41,784 nucleotides of DNA from Candidatus Woesearchaeota archaeon (GCA_013331555.1 DUGB01000134.1:244-42027), one strand, 5' to 3'; positions 25,043 to 34,684 are shown, counted from the stretch's first letter. Numbers and translations are program-made. Notes: generated from the letters alone by a model not told the origin.

Positions 25043-26833
25043 TTATTTTTTCTTTCTGTGAAAAATACGTCGACCCAAGTAAACAGTTCCAACACCAATA
25101 ATTAATCCACCTACAAATCCGCTTGTAATTAATACCCAGCGTTTGGAAAAGATATTTTCAAGCTGATTTCTAATAACATCGATTGTCGTAACTTCTTCCG
25201 GAAAGTACATTTCAAGATTGCTCATTTCCAACGCGTATTCAAGATATAATAATGCGGTGAATTTATCGTCATCTTGCAAAGAACGAGCATATTGGTAATA
25301 AGAATAACCTAAAATTGGAAAGATCCCTTCAGCAGAGTTTTCAGCGATCATACGTTCAACGGCATTGGATTTGGCAGCGATGTATTCGTCTAGCGCTTCA
25401 TTCACTACACCAAATGAGCTTAAGATGGCATTGGCTTCTGCCTTGGCTTGGGAAGCTTCGATAAGGCAAAGCTGTGATTCGTTGCGCTCAAGAGAGGCGT
25501 GAGCATCATCAATATGATTCCGCAGGTTCTCAATAAGACGCGAACCAACGTACAAGGCAACATAGTTATACCGTTCTTCCGCTTCAGCAAGTTTGAGATC
25601 ACAGGATTGACGAAGGGTTTGCTCATCAAGAATAAAATTTCTTCCGTTCATAGAAAAAAATTCCATCCATGATGCTGCGGAAGAGTAGCGTTCTTCGGCG
25701 TACGCAATGATTGCTGCACGCTCATCATGTGACTCGGTTTCATTTGCTTTTTCAATCTGCTGTTGGACATCATGAAGACGTTCGCGAACAACTAACGATG
25801 CTTGCAAGTCAGAGATTGTTTTAATCTCTTGTTTGGCCATTTTTTGTTGGAGAACACTCATTTTTTTCAATAAAAGACTTTGTTGATTCTCAAGGAAGCG
25901 AGCATGAATCTGAGGCTGGGTGTAAAAGTAGGTGCGAAGCTGGATATTCGCCGTAAAACAATAACTGGCGGCAGCATAGTGGTTGCCCAGTTGAGATGCA
26001 TTTCTGGCGTTTTCTTTTTTATTATTAATCTCTTCTTGAATGGTTTGATTGAGGGTTATTCCCTGTTCATTCATCTCTTGCTCCATTTTTTCTGTGCGGT
26101 CACAGAGCTGGGTTTGAAGCTTTTCCATGATTTTTTCGTATTCCTGATCTTTTTCCAGAACAACCGTAGGGTGAGAATAATTTTTTCCAGTGAGAATGGA
26201 AACGATTTCACCAAGATCGATTACTTCTTGGACAGTTATACTTAAATTTTGAAGAGCATAGGTTGATAGATTAAATAATTGAGTGGTATTGGTTTCATTT
26301 TCTGGCGATCCTTCTTTTTGAAGTGAACTGCCTTTGGAGATAAGAACGGTTTTGACTCCAGCTTTAGCCGCAGCATCAATTTTCTCTTTAACGCCCCCGA
26401 CTGGTCCAATGATACCACCGGAATTGATTGTGCCCGTAATCGCAACTTTGGGATCATAGGAAATATCCATCACGACAATGGCAGTAAGTGCGGCAATAGC
26501 AGCACTGGCACTGGGACCACCGATAATATCTGACTGTGCTTTAATGGTATAAATGTAATCGTAGCGATCACAGTCAAGATCAAAATAGTCACAGGCAATT
26601 TCTTTTGCAAAACGAGTGGAGATTTGAGTGTCAGTTTTAGTGGAAGGATATGTTTCCAGAAATACACGGCCAGACCCTTCTTTCAGTTCAAGAAAGAGAT
26701 CCGCAGGGCTGCCGATGTATCCTTCTGGTGTTTCTTGCACTGCCATAATGGTAAGATGATATGGTGTGCCGGTTTGGGCTACAGTCAGAAGCGGGGTCAA
26801 AAATAAGACTAGGAAGAGAATAATAAGGCGCAT
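25043..26833 (-). CDS. secreted/membrane-anchored Lon-like S16 serine protease domain protein
   Basis: N-terminal signal MRLIILFLVLFLTPLLTVAQ. Lon proteolytic-domain motifs IIGGPSASAAIAALTAI (Ser) and GGVKEKIDAAAKAGVKTVLI (Lys). Long helical middle region. C-terminal TM WVLITSGFVGGLIIGVGTVYL. Confidence 0.65.
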   Translation of the reverse strand: MRLIILFLVLFLTPLLTVAQTGTPYHLTIMAVQETPEGYIGSPADLFLELKEGSGRVFLETYPSTKTDTQISTRFAKEIACDYFDLDCDRYDYIYTIKAQSDIIGGPSASAAIAALTAIVVMDISYDPKVAITGTINSGGIIGPVGGVKEKIDAAAKAGVKTVLISKGSSLQKEGSPENETNTTQLFNLSTYALQNLSITVQEVIDLGEIVSILTGKNYSHPTVVLEKDQEYEKIMEKLQTQLCDRTEKMEQEMNEQGITLNQTIQEEINNKKENARNASQLGNHYAAASYCFTANIQLRTYFYTQPQIHARFLENQQSLLLKKMSVLQQKMAKQEIKTISDLQASLVVRERLHDVQQQIEKANETESHDERAAIIAYAEERYSSAASWMEFFSMNGRNFILDEQTLRQSCDLKLAEAEERYNYVALYVGSRLIENLRNHIDDAHASLERNESQLCLIEASQAKAEANAILSSFGVVNEALDEYIAAKSNAVERMIAENSAEGIFPILGYSYYQYARSLQDDDKFTALLYLEYALEMSNLEMYFPEEVTTIDVIRNQLENIFSKRWVLITSGFVGGLIIGVGTVYLGRRIFHRKKK

Positions 26834-27028
26834 AGGAAAAGTACAAAGAGAGGTGAGTTATAAAATTTGCCTTTTCTACTGACATTTACTTTTTTCCATA
26901 TATACTAACGAACAGAAATAAATGATCAAAATGTTCTGTCCGTTATATATACAAAGGACACAAATATTTGATTGTTTGGTTGTGTCCTTTGGTATATTTT
27001 AAATAATACGTTTTACTTTTATGTTAAT

Positions 27029-27448
27029 ATGGTTGAAAATCAGTTTTCTGTCCAGACGAAAATAGTTTCACTCTCTGAAGCGGAAAAAATGCTGCCTTTT
27101 GTACAGCGAACATTACGTGAACTCCAGGAATTACATCAGGCAATCCAATTAGTTGATGATATTGAAGTAGAGCTAGATGAAGAAAGCGATATTGAATTGC
27201 AATCTGTTTCTGGGATGAAGAGAGAATATCATAAGTTGCATTATTTATTTTACTCAAAACTGGAGTTAATGGAAAGCAAAGGATGTATTGTCAAGGATTT
27301 AGAACATGGACTGATTGATTTTCGTTCTGAGTTTGAAGGAAAAAATATTTTTCTTTGCTGGCAGCAAGGAGAAAAATCAGTTCAGCATTGGCATAGTGCA
27401 GAAAGCGGATTTATCGGCAGGAAGAAAATTGTTGATCTTACAAAATAG
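27029..27448 (+). CDS. DUF2203-like protein
   Basis: ORF 26972..27448; start moved to Met-20 (MVENQ). KGCIVKDLEHGLIDFRSEFEGKNIFLCWQQGEKSVQHWHSAESGFIGRKKI matches the DUF2203 pattern as I recall it. Confidence 0.45.
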   Translation: MVENQFSVQTKIVSLSEAEKMLPFVQRTLRELQELHQAIQLVDDIEVELDEESDIELQSVSGMKREYHKLHYLFYSKLELMESKGCIVKDLEHGLIDFRSEFEGKNIFLCWQQGEKSVQHWHSAESGFIGRKKIVDLTK

Positions 27449-27539
27449 GTGGTCAGCACGACTATACTGAAATTCTTTACATTTCGAACAGAATTTCATA
27501 TATAGTTCGCTTATTGAACAAGATAATTGTTCGATTTCA

Positions 27540-28730
27540 ATGGAAACTCACTATACATTACCGCTAGGAATTATTGGAATTGATCCAGGAACAACAGCGG
27601 CGTATGCAATTCTTCGATTAGATGGTTCTGTGATTGAGACATATTCTTCAAAAGAATTGGCATTAGGAGAGATGATCCAGCGTATTTTTGCCTGCTGCCG
27701 ACCAATTCTAGTAGGAACAGATAAAGCTAAAATTCCCTCTTTTGTGGATGAATTTGGTCGAAAGAGCGGAGCAGTGGTGGTAAATCCGACTGAAGACCTG
27801 CAACGTGAGGAAAAGCGGTTGATGCTCAAAGAGTACACTTTTTCTGGAAAAACACAACATGAAGATGATGCTCTTGCCGCAGCACTGTTTACATTTCAGC
27901 AGTATCATTCACGATTAGAGAAAATTAAGCATTATTGTGAACTTCATCATGTTGAAAATCAGGATGAATTTACTGTTTTGGCGTTGAAAACAGCACTTTC
28001 TTTTCCAGGAATAGAAAATTTGCTGAAAACTCCGACCGCGCATGATACAGCTCTTGTGAAAAATGTTCTGGAAAAAAACAAAGTTCGCGAGCAGGATGTA
28101 CTTATCTTGTATGAAAAGAATCTTGGACTAACGCAAGAAAATAAACGCTTGAAAAATGCGCTGGCAACATTGCAAAAATCATGGAAAGATTTAGTTGATA
28201 AAAATAGATATTTAGAACGAACGTCGGCAAGGATTACGGATAAAGTTGATTCGCTCTTGGTGTTTAAAGAAGAGCGAGTAAAGAAGCTGCAATTATTATT
28301 GAAACAAGCTGAACTGCAGCAACAGCAACTGCGAAAAAAGATTCAACAAACTCATACGTTTATTGGTGCAATGATGAATAAAAATAATATTCTTGTTAAA
28401 AAGATGGACACTTTAAGCAAAAAAGAATTTATAGTGAAGAAATCTTTGCTTCTCTTTTCCAAAGGAGATATTATTTTTGTTAAAAATACCCATATTCATT
28501 CCGATGAAGTTCTGAATGAATTTGTCAATAAAAATGTATTTTTACTTTCACCCACAAAAATAAGTACACGAGTGCAGAAAATACTTCCAACAATACAGTT
28601 TGAAGAACCATTTCTTCTAGAGGAAGAGTATTTTGGATTATTTCCGAAAGAATTAGTGGTCAATAGTTTTAATTTGCGGGTTGATATCGAGAAAGTTTTG
28701 ACGGACTATCGCGGAGAGCGTGAGAATTAA
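27540..28730 (+). CDS. DUF460/COG2433-like protein (RNase H-fold, RuvC/YqgF-like N-terminus + coiled coil)
   Basis: N-terminal IIGIDPGTTAAYAILRLDG and HEDDALAAA are typical of the RNase H-like fold. Central coiled coil (KRLKNALATLQKSWKDLVDKNRYLE...). Confidence 0.55.
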   Translation: METHYTLPLGIIGIDPGTTAAYAILRLDGSVIETYSSKELALGEMIQRIFACCRPILVGTDKAKIPSFVDEFGRKSGAVVVNPTEDLQREEKRLMLKEYTFSGKTQHEDDALAAALFTFQQYHSRLEKIKHYCELHHVENQDEFTVLALKTALSFPGIENLLKTPTAHDTALVKNVLEKNKVREQDVLILYEKNLGLTQENKRLKNALATLQKSWKDLVDKNRYLERTSARITDKVDSLLVFKEERVKKLQLLLKQAELQQQQLRKKIQQTHTFIGAMMNKNNILVKKMDTLSKKEFIVKKSLLLFSKGDIIFVKNTHIHSDEVLNEFVNKNVFLLSPTKISTRVQKILPTIQFEEPFLLEEEYFGLFPKELVVNSFNLRVDIEKVLTDYRGEREN

Positions 28731-29182
28731 GCTTCAACTTTCTTGATGGCACTCATCTCTTTGTATTTGAGACGGATTTTTTTCCCTGTTTTTTCTTCTT
28801 GAAGGATGATTTCTTTGTCTAATGTTTTGACAATATAGGTATTGCCTCTATAGGTGATAAGATCATGTTTAGCAAAATGAGCCTGGCGGAAAAGAACAGT
28901 TAAGCGGTACACATCACGTCCGTCTTTATTTCCATACAATTTAGCAGTAACAAGATACTCCCCGCCGAACTTAGCCTGTAAACGGTGACCGAGATCTCTC
29001 GTAAATGGTCCATCAGCGAGATAAATATCAATACCATTTTTTTCTTCCTCTTCTTTGGTGATATAGATGCCCTTGCGTTCAATTTCGGCGTAGACGAAAT
29101 CAAGAACGAGTTCTGTTGGGTGCCGCAGCTGAAGAATGGCTTCATAGTAGCCGGGATGCTTTCCTTCCATTGTGCGGACCAT
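28727..29182 (-). CDS. short NMD3-family-like protein
   Basis: GYYEAILQLR and DGRDVYRLTVLFR resemble the NMD3 core. At 151 aa it lacks the N-terminal zinc ribbons of full-length NMD3. Confidence 0.4.
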   Translation of the reverse strand: MVRTMEGKHPGYYEAILQLRHPTELVLDFVYAEIERKGIYITKEEEEKNGIDIYLADGPFTRDLGHRLQAKFGGEYLVTAKLYGNKDGRDVYRLTVLFRQAHFAKHDLITYRGNTYIVKTLDKEIILQEEKTGKKIRLKYKEMSAIKKVEA

Positions 29183-29260
29183 GAGGTGAGGATAATGCTC
29201 TTTGTTTTTAAACGTTGTTTATGGAAATGTTTATCTTTTTCTCAATCTTCGTTATGAATC

Positions 29261-30106
29261 CTATACCTTTTTCTTCTCTTCAATCTGCCTCTTTTTTCTC
29301 TTTTCCGGTTCAGAAAGATAATTTTCAGAAGAGGATACTTTTTCATTACTTCTTTGCTCAAGTTCTCTTCTTGCTACTCCTGCAACTATCCCACCTTCTT
29401 TTGCTGCTTCTTTATTTTGAAGAAACCATTTTGCATCCTTCTTTCTGGCAATTTTTGTAGTAGAAGCTTCTCCTAACATAGTAAAAATTAACTCTAAATC
29501 GTTCATGTGATCACGCAAGTTCTCTTTTTCCAGCCCCTTGAATTCTTTGTATTCGTTTGGAGTCATGCCAAACGTAGCTTTGGATATTTCAGCTGTAAGT
29601 ATTGCATACTCTTTTTCTTCAGTCAGGCCTCTTTTCTTCCATTCATCAGTAAGCTCATCTCTGATGGCGATTCCTCTCACTCTTTTCTCAATCCAATCAT
29701 CAGAGTAACCTTTTGCTTTGTAAAGCTCTTTCATACGCTTTTGGGCTAATTCTGGGTTTTGGATTTCTTCAACTCTATCATACCCAACCTGAGCCAACCA
29801 CTGTTTAAATGGCTCTGCTTTTTGGGAGGGGATAGATTGGATAATTCTAAATATATTTTTAGTATTAGCGCAGTCAGTTGCGTAGAATTTACCATCGGAA
29901 GAAGGTAATTTTAGTTGTCCGATTTTTTCGGACAGCTCAAAACCTTCTTGAATAAGCTTAAATTTTAGGTCAGACCAATACTTTCTGGCTCTATCTGTTT
30001 GCGTTAAAGCACCAATGACATCAACTACAGAGAACCACCACTCATCATTAAACCACGTGCGACGAATATTCTTCCCTTGAAATACAATAAGAGCATTCTT
30101 ATCCAT
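29261..30106 (-). CDS. Bro-N domain protein (DinD/antirepressor-like)
   Basis: ORF 29261..30289; start moved to Met-62 (MDKNALIVFQGKNIRRTWFNDEWWFSVVDVIGAL = Bro-N signature), which removes the overlap with the divergent gene at 30213. C-terminal KAEPFKQWLAQVGYDRVEEIQNPE is DinD-like. Confidence 0.6.
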   Translation of the reverse strand: MDKNALIVFQGKNIRRTWFNDEWWFSVVDVIGALTQTDRARKYWSDLKFKLIQEGFELSEKIGQLKLPSSDGKFYATDCANTKNIFRIIQSIPSQKAEPFKQWLAQVGYDRVEEIQNPELAQKRMKELYKAKGYSDDWIEKRVRGIAIRDELTDEWKKRGLTEEKEYAILTAEISKATFGMTPNEYKEFKGLEKENLRDHMNDLELIFTMLGEASTTKIARKKDAKWFLQNKEAAKEGGIVAGVARRELEQRSNEKVSSSENYLSEPEKRKKRQIEEKKKV

Positions 30107-30212
30107 GCTAAAATAATGATATTTGGAATATATAAACTTTAGCCGGAGTTGACCAGTGCGAGAGTGAACTAAAGAAATAGGATTAATTTTATAAGAACGA
30201 GTTGTTTCGTTA

Positions 30213-31196
30213 ATGTTATTGATTCCAACAAAATTAAAAATAGGTGATGAGATTCGAGTCATCGCGCCAGCAAGAAGTTTATCCATCATCTCTAATGATA
30301 TTCAAGCAATTGCAATAAGAAAAATCCAGGAAATGGGTTTCAAAGTAACATTCTCAGAAAACGTGAGAGAAAAAGATGACTTTAACTCTTCTTTGATACA
30401 ATCTAGAGTAGAAGATTTACATCGGGCATTTAAAGATAAAAAAGTGAGAGGGATATTAACTGCGATTGGTGGATATAATTCAAATCAGCTTCTTTCGTAT
30501 CTTGATTATGACTTGATACAGAAAAATCCAAAAATTTTGTGCGGATTTTCAGACATTACTTGTTTAACAAATGCTATTTTTGCTCAAACAAATTTGGTCA
30601 CATACTCCGGCCCACATCTCTCTTCGTTTGGAATGATCAAAGGATTCGAGTATACGTTAGACTATTTTAAGAAATGTCTTTTGGAGAATAATCATTTTGA
30701 ATTCCTATCATCAAAAGAGTGGAGTGACGATCCATGGTTTACTGATCAGAATAACAGAAATTTCATTAAAAACGAAGGGTTCTGGTTGATTAATGAAGGG
30801 AAAGCAAAAGGAAAAATCTTAGGGGGAAATCAGTGTACGTTTAACCTTCTTCAAGGAACACAATTTATGCCTCACTTGGAGAACACCATACTTTTTCTTG
30901 AAGATGATGAAGAAGCACATCCGGAAACGATTGATCGAGATTTACAATCAATCATTCATCAACGTGGATTTGATAAAGTTAGAGGAATTGTGTTTGGACG
31001 TTGCCAAAAAGCAACGAAGATGACACGAGAATTATTAACAGCAATTATTAGAACGAAAAAAGAATTAAATAAGATTCCAATCATTGCTAATGTTGATTTT
31101 GGTCATACAACTCCAACAATCACGTTTCCAATCGGCGGGACAGCAAGGCTTGAAGTAAATAAAAGTAAAGTAAAGTTAGAAATTTTACAACATTGA
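30213..31196 (+). CDS. LD-carboxypeptidase / MccF-like serine peptidase (family S66)
   Basis: IRVIAPARSL, nucleophile context CGFSDITCL, EDDEE acidic stretch and VDFGHTTP (His). The 327-aa length is typical of S66. Confidence 0.7.
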   Translation: MLLIPTKLKIGDEIRVIAPARSLSIISNDIQAIAIRKIQEMGFKVTFSENVREKDDFNSSLIQSRVEDLHRAFKDKKVRGILTAIGGYNSNQLLSYLDYDLIQKNPKILCGFSDITCLTNAIFAQTNLVTYSGPHLSSFGMIKGFEYTLDYFKKCLLENNHFEFLSSKEWSDDPWFTDQNNRNFIKNEGFWLINEGKAKGKILGGNQCTFNLLQGTQFMPHLENTILFLEDDEEAHPETIDRDLQSIIHQRGFDKVRGIVFGRCQKATKMTRELLTAIIRTKKELNKIPIIANVDFGHTTPTITFPIGGTARLEVNKSKVKLEILQH

Positions 31197-31325
31197 TTAA
31201 AGCTTCATCTACCATAATCCTCTAGAATTAAAGCTTTATTTGTAGAGTACAAAAAGTTTCAAAAAAGTATCTTTAAAAAGTAAATTCTTTTGTCTGAGGG
31301 GATTGAACATTGAGGTGAAATAAAT

Positions 31326-32231
31326 ATGAAATGGCTTAGATTTCAAGTGTTAATGGTGTTTTTAATGGCGGTTCTTGTTGCTTCTGTCTTTGCAGAGGAA
31401 ACAGGTTCAGATTCGGATACATCTGATCAATCTGATGATAGTGTGAATGAACGACGAGTAGAACGGGTGCAAAAAATGGAAGAGCGCCGAGAAAAAGTGG
31501 CGGAGATTAGAGAAACGTGGGAAGGAATCCGCGACAGAGTCAAGACCGTTCGTGAAGAACATCGGAATGTACGAAGTACGGTTAATGAATTGAAAGATAA
31601 AGTTCGAGGTTGTCGGAAAGAAGGAAATTGTACGGCTCCAAAAATGGAGTTGAAGAGAGGAGTACGTCTTCATCTATTGAAAACAGTAGAACTCATTGAC
31701 CGATCATTGGAAAAATTACAGCAGCGTGTTGAGAAAGCCGAAAAGCTATCTGTTGAGGAAAAAGAAAGACTTTTGGCGTCAATTGCGTCATTAGAAGAAA
31801 AATTAACAACTCAACAGCAGGCAGTGGAAGCGATGACAGCAAATGCGACTAACGCTGAAGTTCGGGCAGCAGTTCAGGATTTGAAGAAGTTATGGCAAGA
31901 CGTGCGGACAGAACAACGCCGGATGATCAGTGTCTTATTGAGCTCTAAAGTTGATACAATTATTGAAAAACAAGATACATATCGGCAAGGGATGGAAGAG
32001 CGTATTGCTGAAATCAAAGCATTAGGAAAAGATACGACTGTACTCCAAACACATTTAGATGAGTTTGTTCGAATTCAAACGGAGTTAAAGCAAAAAGCAA
32101 CAGAATTGACTGAAGGAGATACTGAGGAATCTCTGCGGGCAATTCATGCGTTGGCGAAAGAGAATAAAGAGCATCTCCATTTGTTCTTGAAAGAGTATCG
32201 TTCTTTGAAAGGAGAAACTGCTGAGGAGTAA
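31326..32231 (+). CDS. secreted coiled-coil protein, function unknown
   Basis: Signal peptide MKWLRFQVLMVFLMAVLVASVFA, then ~270 aa of Glu/Lys/Arg-rich helical sequence. Confidence 0.5.
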   Translation: MKWLRFQVLMVFLMAVLVASVFAEETGSDSDTSDQSDDSVNERRVERVQKMEERREKVAEIRETWEGIRDRVKTVREEHRNVRSTVNELKDKVRGCRKEGNCTAPKMELKRGVRLHLLKTVELIDRSLEKLQQRVEKAEKLSVEEKERLLASIASLEEKLTTQQQAVEAMTANATNAEVRAAVQDLKKLWQDVRTEQRRMISVLLSSKVDTIIEKQDTYRQGMEERIAEIKALGKDTTVLQTHLDEFVRIQTELKQKATELTEGDTEESLRAIHALAKENKEHLHLFLKEYRSLKGETAEE

Positions 32232-32268
32232 AATAAGTTTATAAATTCTTTTTTCTTTTCTTTTTTTT

Positions 32269-32466
32269 ATGAAAAAAATAATCTTGGTTTGTTTAGTGTT
32301 GCTTTTTGTGGTCAGCTGTTCTTCACCAGAATTGACAGATCAATCAGCCCCTGCCGAAAGCTTAGGTATAGGAGATACAACTGTGGAAGAATTAGAGGAT
32401 TTACAGATTGACTTAGAAGAGGATGTTTCTTTTGAGGAGGTTAATGATCTTACAATATTGGATTAA
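32269..32466 (+). CDS. small acidic lipoprotein
   Basis: MKKIILVCLVLLFVVSC gives a signal peptide plus lipobox (VVSC). The mature part is highly acidic. Confidence 0.45.
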   Translation: MKKIILVCLVLLFVVSCSSPELTDQSAPAESLGIGDTTVEELEDLQIDLEEDVSFEEVNDLTILD

Positions 32467-33491
32467 TCTTCTTTTTTCTTTTCTTCAAGGATAGAGTCGG
32501 CCATAAAATTATATTTTAGTTCTTCAAAAGCGAAAAGAATCTCATAGGTCTTGATAATGTCTTCAAATTGTTCTTTAATGCCATTGATAACGTGGTGGAA
32601 TTCTGGTAGATTTCTAGTAATGACATAGATGATATAATCATAATATCCTACCGTTTTTGTTGCCCAGAGGATTGAGCCTTGATTTTTAAGATAATGTTCA
32701 AAGCGAGTGATGCCTTCGCTGGTGTAATTCAGTTTAATTAGTAAGGAATTGATCATCAGGCCGAGAGAGGCATAATTGACAACCGGACGATAGCTGAGGA
32801 TATATTTGTGCTGCTCTAATGATTTTATGTGGTAGGGAACTGTATCTTTTGAAACGCCTAATTCATGGGCGAGGGAAAGGTTTGTTTTGCTCGCATCACG
32901 TGAGAGGGCGTGAAGAATTTGAATATCATGGGGCATTATTTTTTTATCTGAAGTTGTTTTATTTGATACGGAAGTTGCTGATGAAGCCGTTTTCTTCTCT
33001 TTAAGTTGAGGGAAGTATGCAGAGGGAAGAACTTCCGAACAAATTGTCTGAAGTAGGATGAGAATTTGATCGTCCCTCATCCGCATCCCCTCAATAAGTT
33101 GATGATAATACTGAAGAAATTCTTGTTCATTTTTGGCCATGATTGAGATTTCAAGATTATATTTTCCGCTGTACACAATAAGAGCGTTGACAAAAATGGC
33201 ATGTTGCGCACGGGCAATGATTTCTCGCTCCTGTGAGGGAATATGAACTTCCATGAAAATATGATATGATTTATAGCCTAATTTTTGAATATTAATGACC
33301 GTACGAGAACCACGGAGGAGATTGTGTTCATGCATCATTTTTAAGCGATATTCAACTGACTGACGAGAGAGAAGGCAGGTTTTAGCGATTGACGAAAGAG
33401 GTTGACGATAATTATGAATAATTTCTCGTAAAATACGCCAATCTTTGGCATCAAGAGAAACGAGTTCAAGTTGAGAAGTCAATACACGCAT
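32463..33491 (-). CDS. tandem Lrp/AsnC-type transcriptional regulator (two wHTH + ligand-domain modules)
   Basis: Two HTH modules: LDAKDWRILREIIHNYRQPLSSIAKTCLLSRQSVEYRLKMM and DIQILHALSRDASKTNLSLAHELGVSKDTVPYHIKSLE. Each is followed by a ~70-aa alpha/beta-like segment. Confidence 0.55.
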   Translation of the reverse strand: MRVLTSQLELVSLDAKDWRILREIIHNYRQPLSSIAKTCLLSRQSVEYRLKMMHEHNLLRGSRTVINIQKLGYKSYHIFMEVHIPSQEREIIARAQHAIFVNALIVYSGKYNLEISIMAKNEQEFLQYYHQLIEGMRMRDDQILILLQTICSEVLPSAYFPQLKEKKTASSATSVSNKTTSDKKIMPHDIQILHALSRDASKTNLSLAHELGVSKDTVPYHIKSLEQHKYILSYRPVVNYASLGLMINSLLIKLNYTSEGITRFEHYLKNQGSILWATKTVGYYDYIIYVITRNLPEFHHVINGIKEQFEDIIKTYEILFAFEELKYNFMADSILEEKKKED

Positions 33492-33606
33492 TGTAGTAAA
33501 TTAGATTACTTAATATATAAATGTTTAGCTATTTTTCTATTTTCTTGCTGTTTTGTTTTATATAATTCTATTACTAAGAGTTATTATTAGATATGTACCT
33601 CCTCTT

Positions 33607-33622
33607 CTTGGCGGAAGGGAGA
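33607..33622 (+). repeat. 16-nt 5'-UTR motif CTTGGCGGAAGGGAGA, copy 1 (7 nt before the ATG at 33630)
   Basis: Exact 16/16 identity with 34664..34679. Its first 11 nt are the reverse complement of 35357..35367. Confidence 0.8.
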
Positions 33623-33629
33623 GACAAAC

Positions 33630-34565
33630 ATGACAAAGACAAACATTGAATTGGCGTTCTACGGAACGCGGGGAAGCTGCCCTAAAGGACGCCCTGAATT
33701 TATGGAATTTGGCGGTGATACGAGTTCTTACACCTTGCGCTTAGGTGAAGCACTACATCTTCTGGATGCAGGAACAGGAGTCCAAGAAGCATTGAATGAG
33801 CAACTGACGCCAGGAACAGAACGAGTGGAAATTGATCTTACTCATCCACACTTAGATCACATTAACATGGGATGTGCTGGTCAAATTTACTTTAACAACG
33901 TTCCAGGAGCGATTCAAATCGTGGGTTGCGAAGGGACAGAACGAGCATTGAATAAAGTCTTTGATGGTGAATTCCTCTGGCCTGTTGATTTTGAACACAT
34001 GGGTGGTATAAACAAAGTTATTACTGAATGCCGTGGCAGGGAAGAATTCCAACATCCTGGCTATAATGTAAGAACATTGCGAAACTGGCATCCACGCGGA
34101 CCTACTCGTGATGGAGATGGGGGTTCAATTGGCTTCCGTTATGATGTCCAGACAACTGAGGGAGGTATTTACTCTGTAGCATATGTCTCCGATATGACGT
34201 TCCGCTACGATAACAAAGGACAACCTCTTCTAGGTTCAGAACAAAGAATCAATGAATTTGTGCGGTTTGTACAAGGAGCAGATGTTCTTATTGCGGACAC
34301 ACAATATAGTGAAGATGACTTTGCAAAAATGCCATTCTTGAAAGGCTTTGGCCATCCCGCGTTGGAAGAAGTCATCGACTATGCAACACGAGCAGGAGTG
34401 AAATTGCTTTTGGGAACGCATCATGACACGAAACAAACTGATGAATTGTTGAGGAAGAAAGAACAGTTTGGACAAGAGTACGGACGTAGTGTTGGTTTTC
34501 AAGGTGATTTTGGAATGGCACGACAAGAAGAACGAATAGTTGCTCCCTATCGAATAGCTGCCTAA
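33630..34565 (+). CDS. metallo-beta-lactamase-fold hydrolase (COG1235/PhnP-like)
   Basis: YGTRGSCP...FGGDTSSYTL...LLDAGTG and HxHxDH motif LTHPHLDH. C-terminal LLLGTHHD. Confidence 0.65.
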   Translation: MTKTNIELAFYGTRGSCPKGRPEFMEFGGDTSSYTLRLGEALHLLDAGTGVQEALNEQLTPGTERVEIDLTHPHLDHINMGCAGQIYFNNVPGAIQIVGCEGTERALNKVFDGEFLWPVDFEHMGGINKVITECRGREEFQHPGYNVRTLRNWHPRGPTRDGDGGSIGFRYDVQTTEGGIYSVAYVSDMTFRYDNKGQPLLGSEQRINEFVRFVQGADVLIADTQYSEDDFAKMPFLKGFGHPALEEVIDYATRAGVKLLLGTHHDTKQTDELLRKKEQFGQEYGRSVGFQGDFGMARQEERIVAPYRIAA

Positions 34566-34572
34566 ATTAATG

Positions 34573-34584
34573 CTTCCGCCCAAG
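34573..34584 (-). repeat. reverse-complement copy of the motif (CTTCCGCCCAAG), 7 nt after the stop at 34565
   Basis: Complement of CTTGG(G)CGGAAG; it has one extra C relative to 35357..35367. Confidence 0.7.
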
Positions 34585-34595
34585 AATATGTATGC

Positions 34596-34639
34596 CCACT
34601 CTCCTTGGGGGAGGGTGGAGCATTTTTCTTTTTCTTTGT
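34596..34639 (+). terminator. hairpin + T-runs downstream of the MBL-fold gene
   Basis: CCACTCTCC-TTGGG-GGAGGGTGG forms 9 bp including one G-U pair, followed by AGCATTTTTCTTTTTCTTT. Confidence 0.55.
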
Positions 34640-34663
34640 GCGGAATAAAATTTTCTCTTTTTC

Positions 34664-34679
34664 CTTGGCGGAAGGGAGA
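34664..34679 (+). repeat. 16-nt 5'-UTR motif CTTGGCGGAAGGGAGA, copy 2 (5 nt before the ATG at 34685)
   Basis: Exact identity with 33607..33622. Confidence 0.8.
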
Positions 34680-34684
34680 AAACA

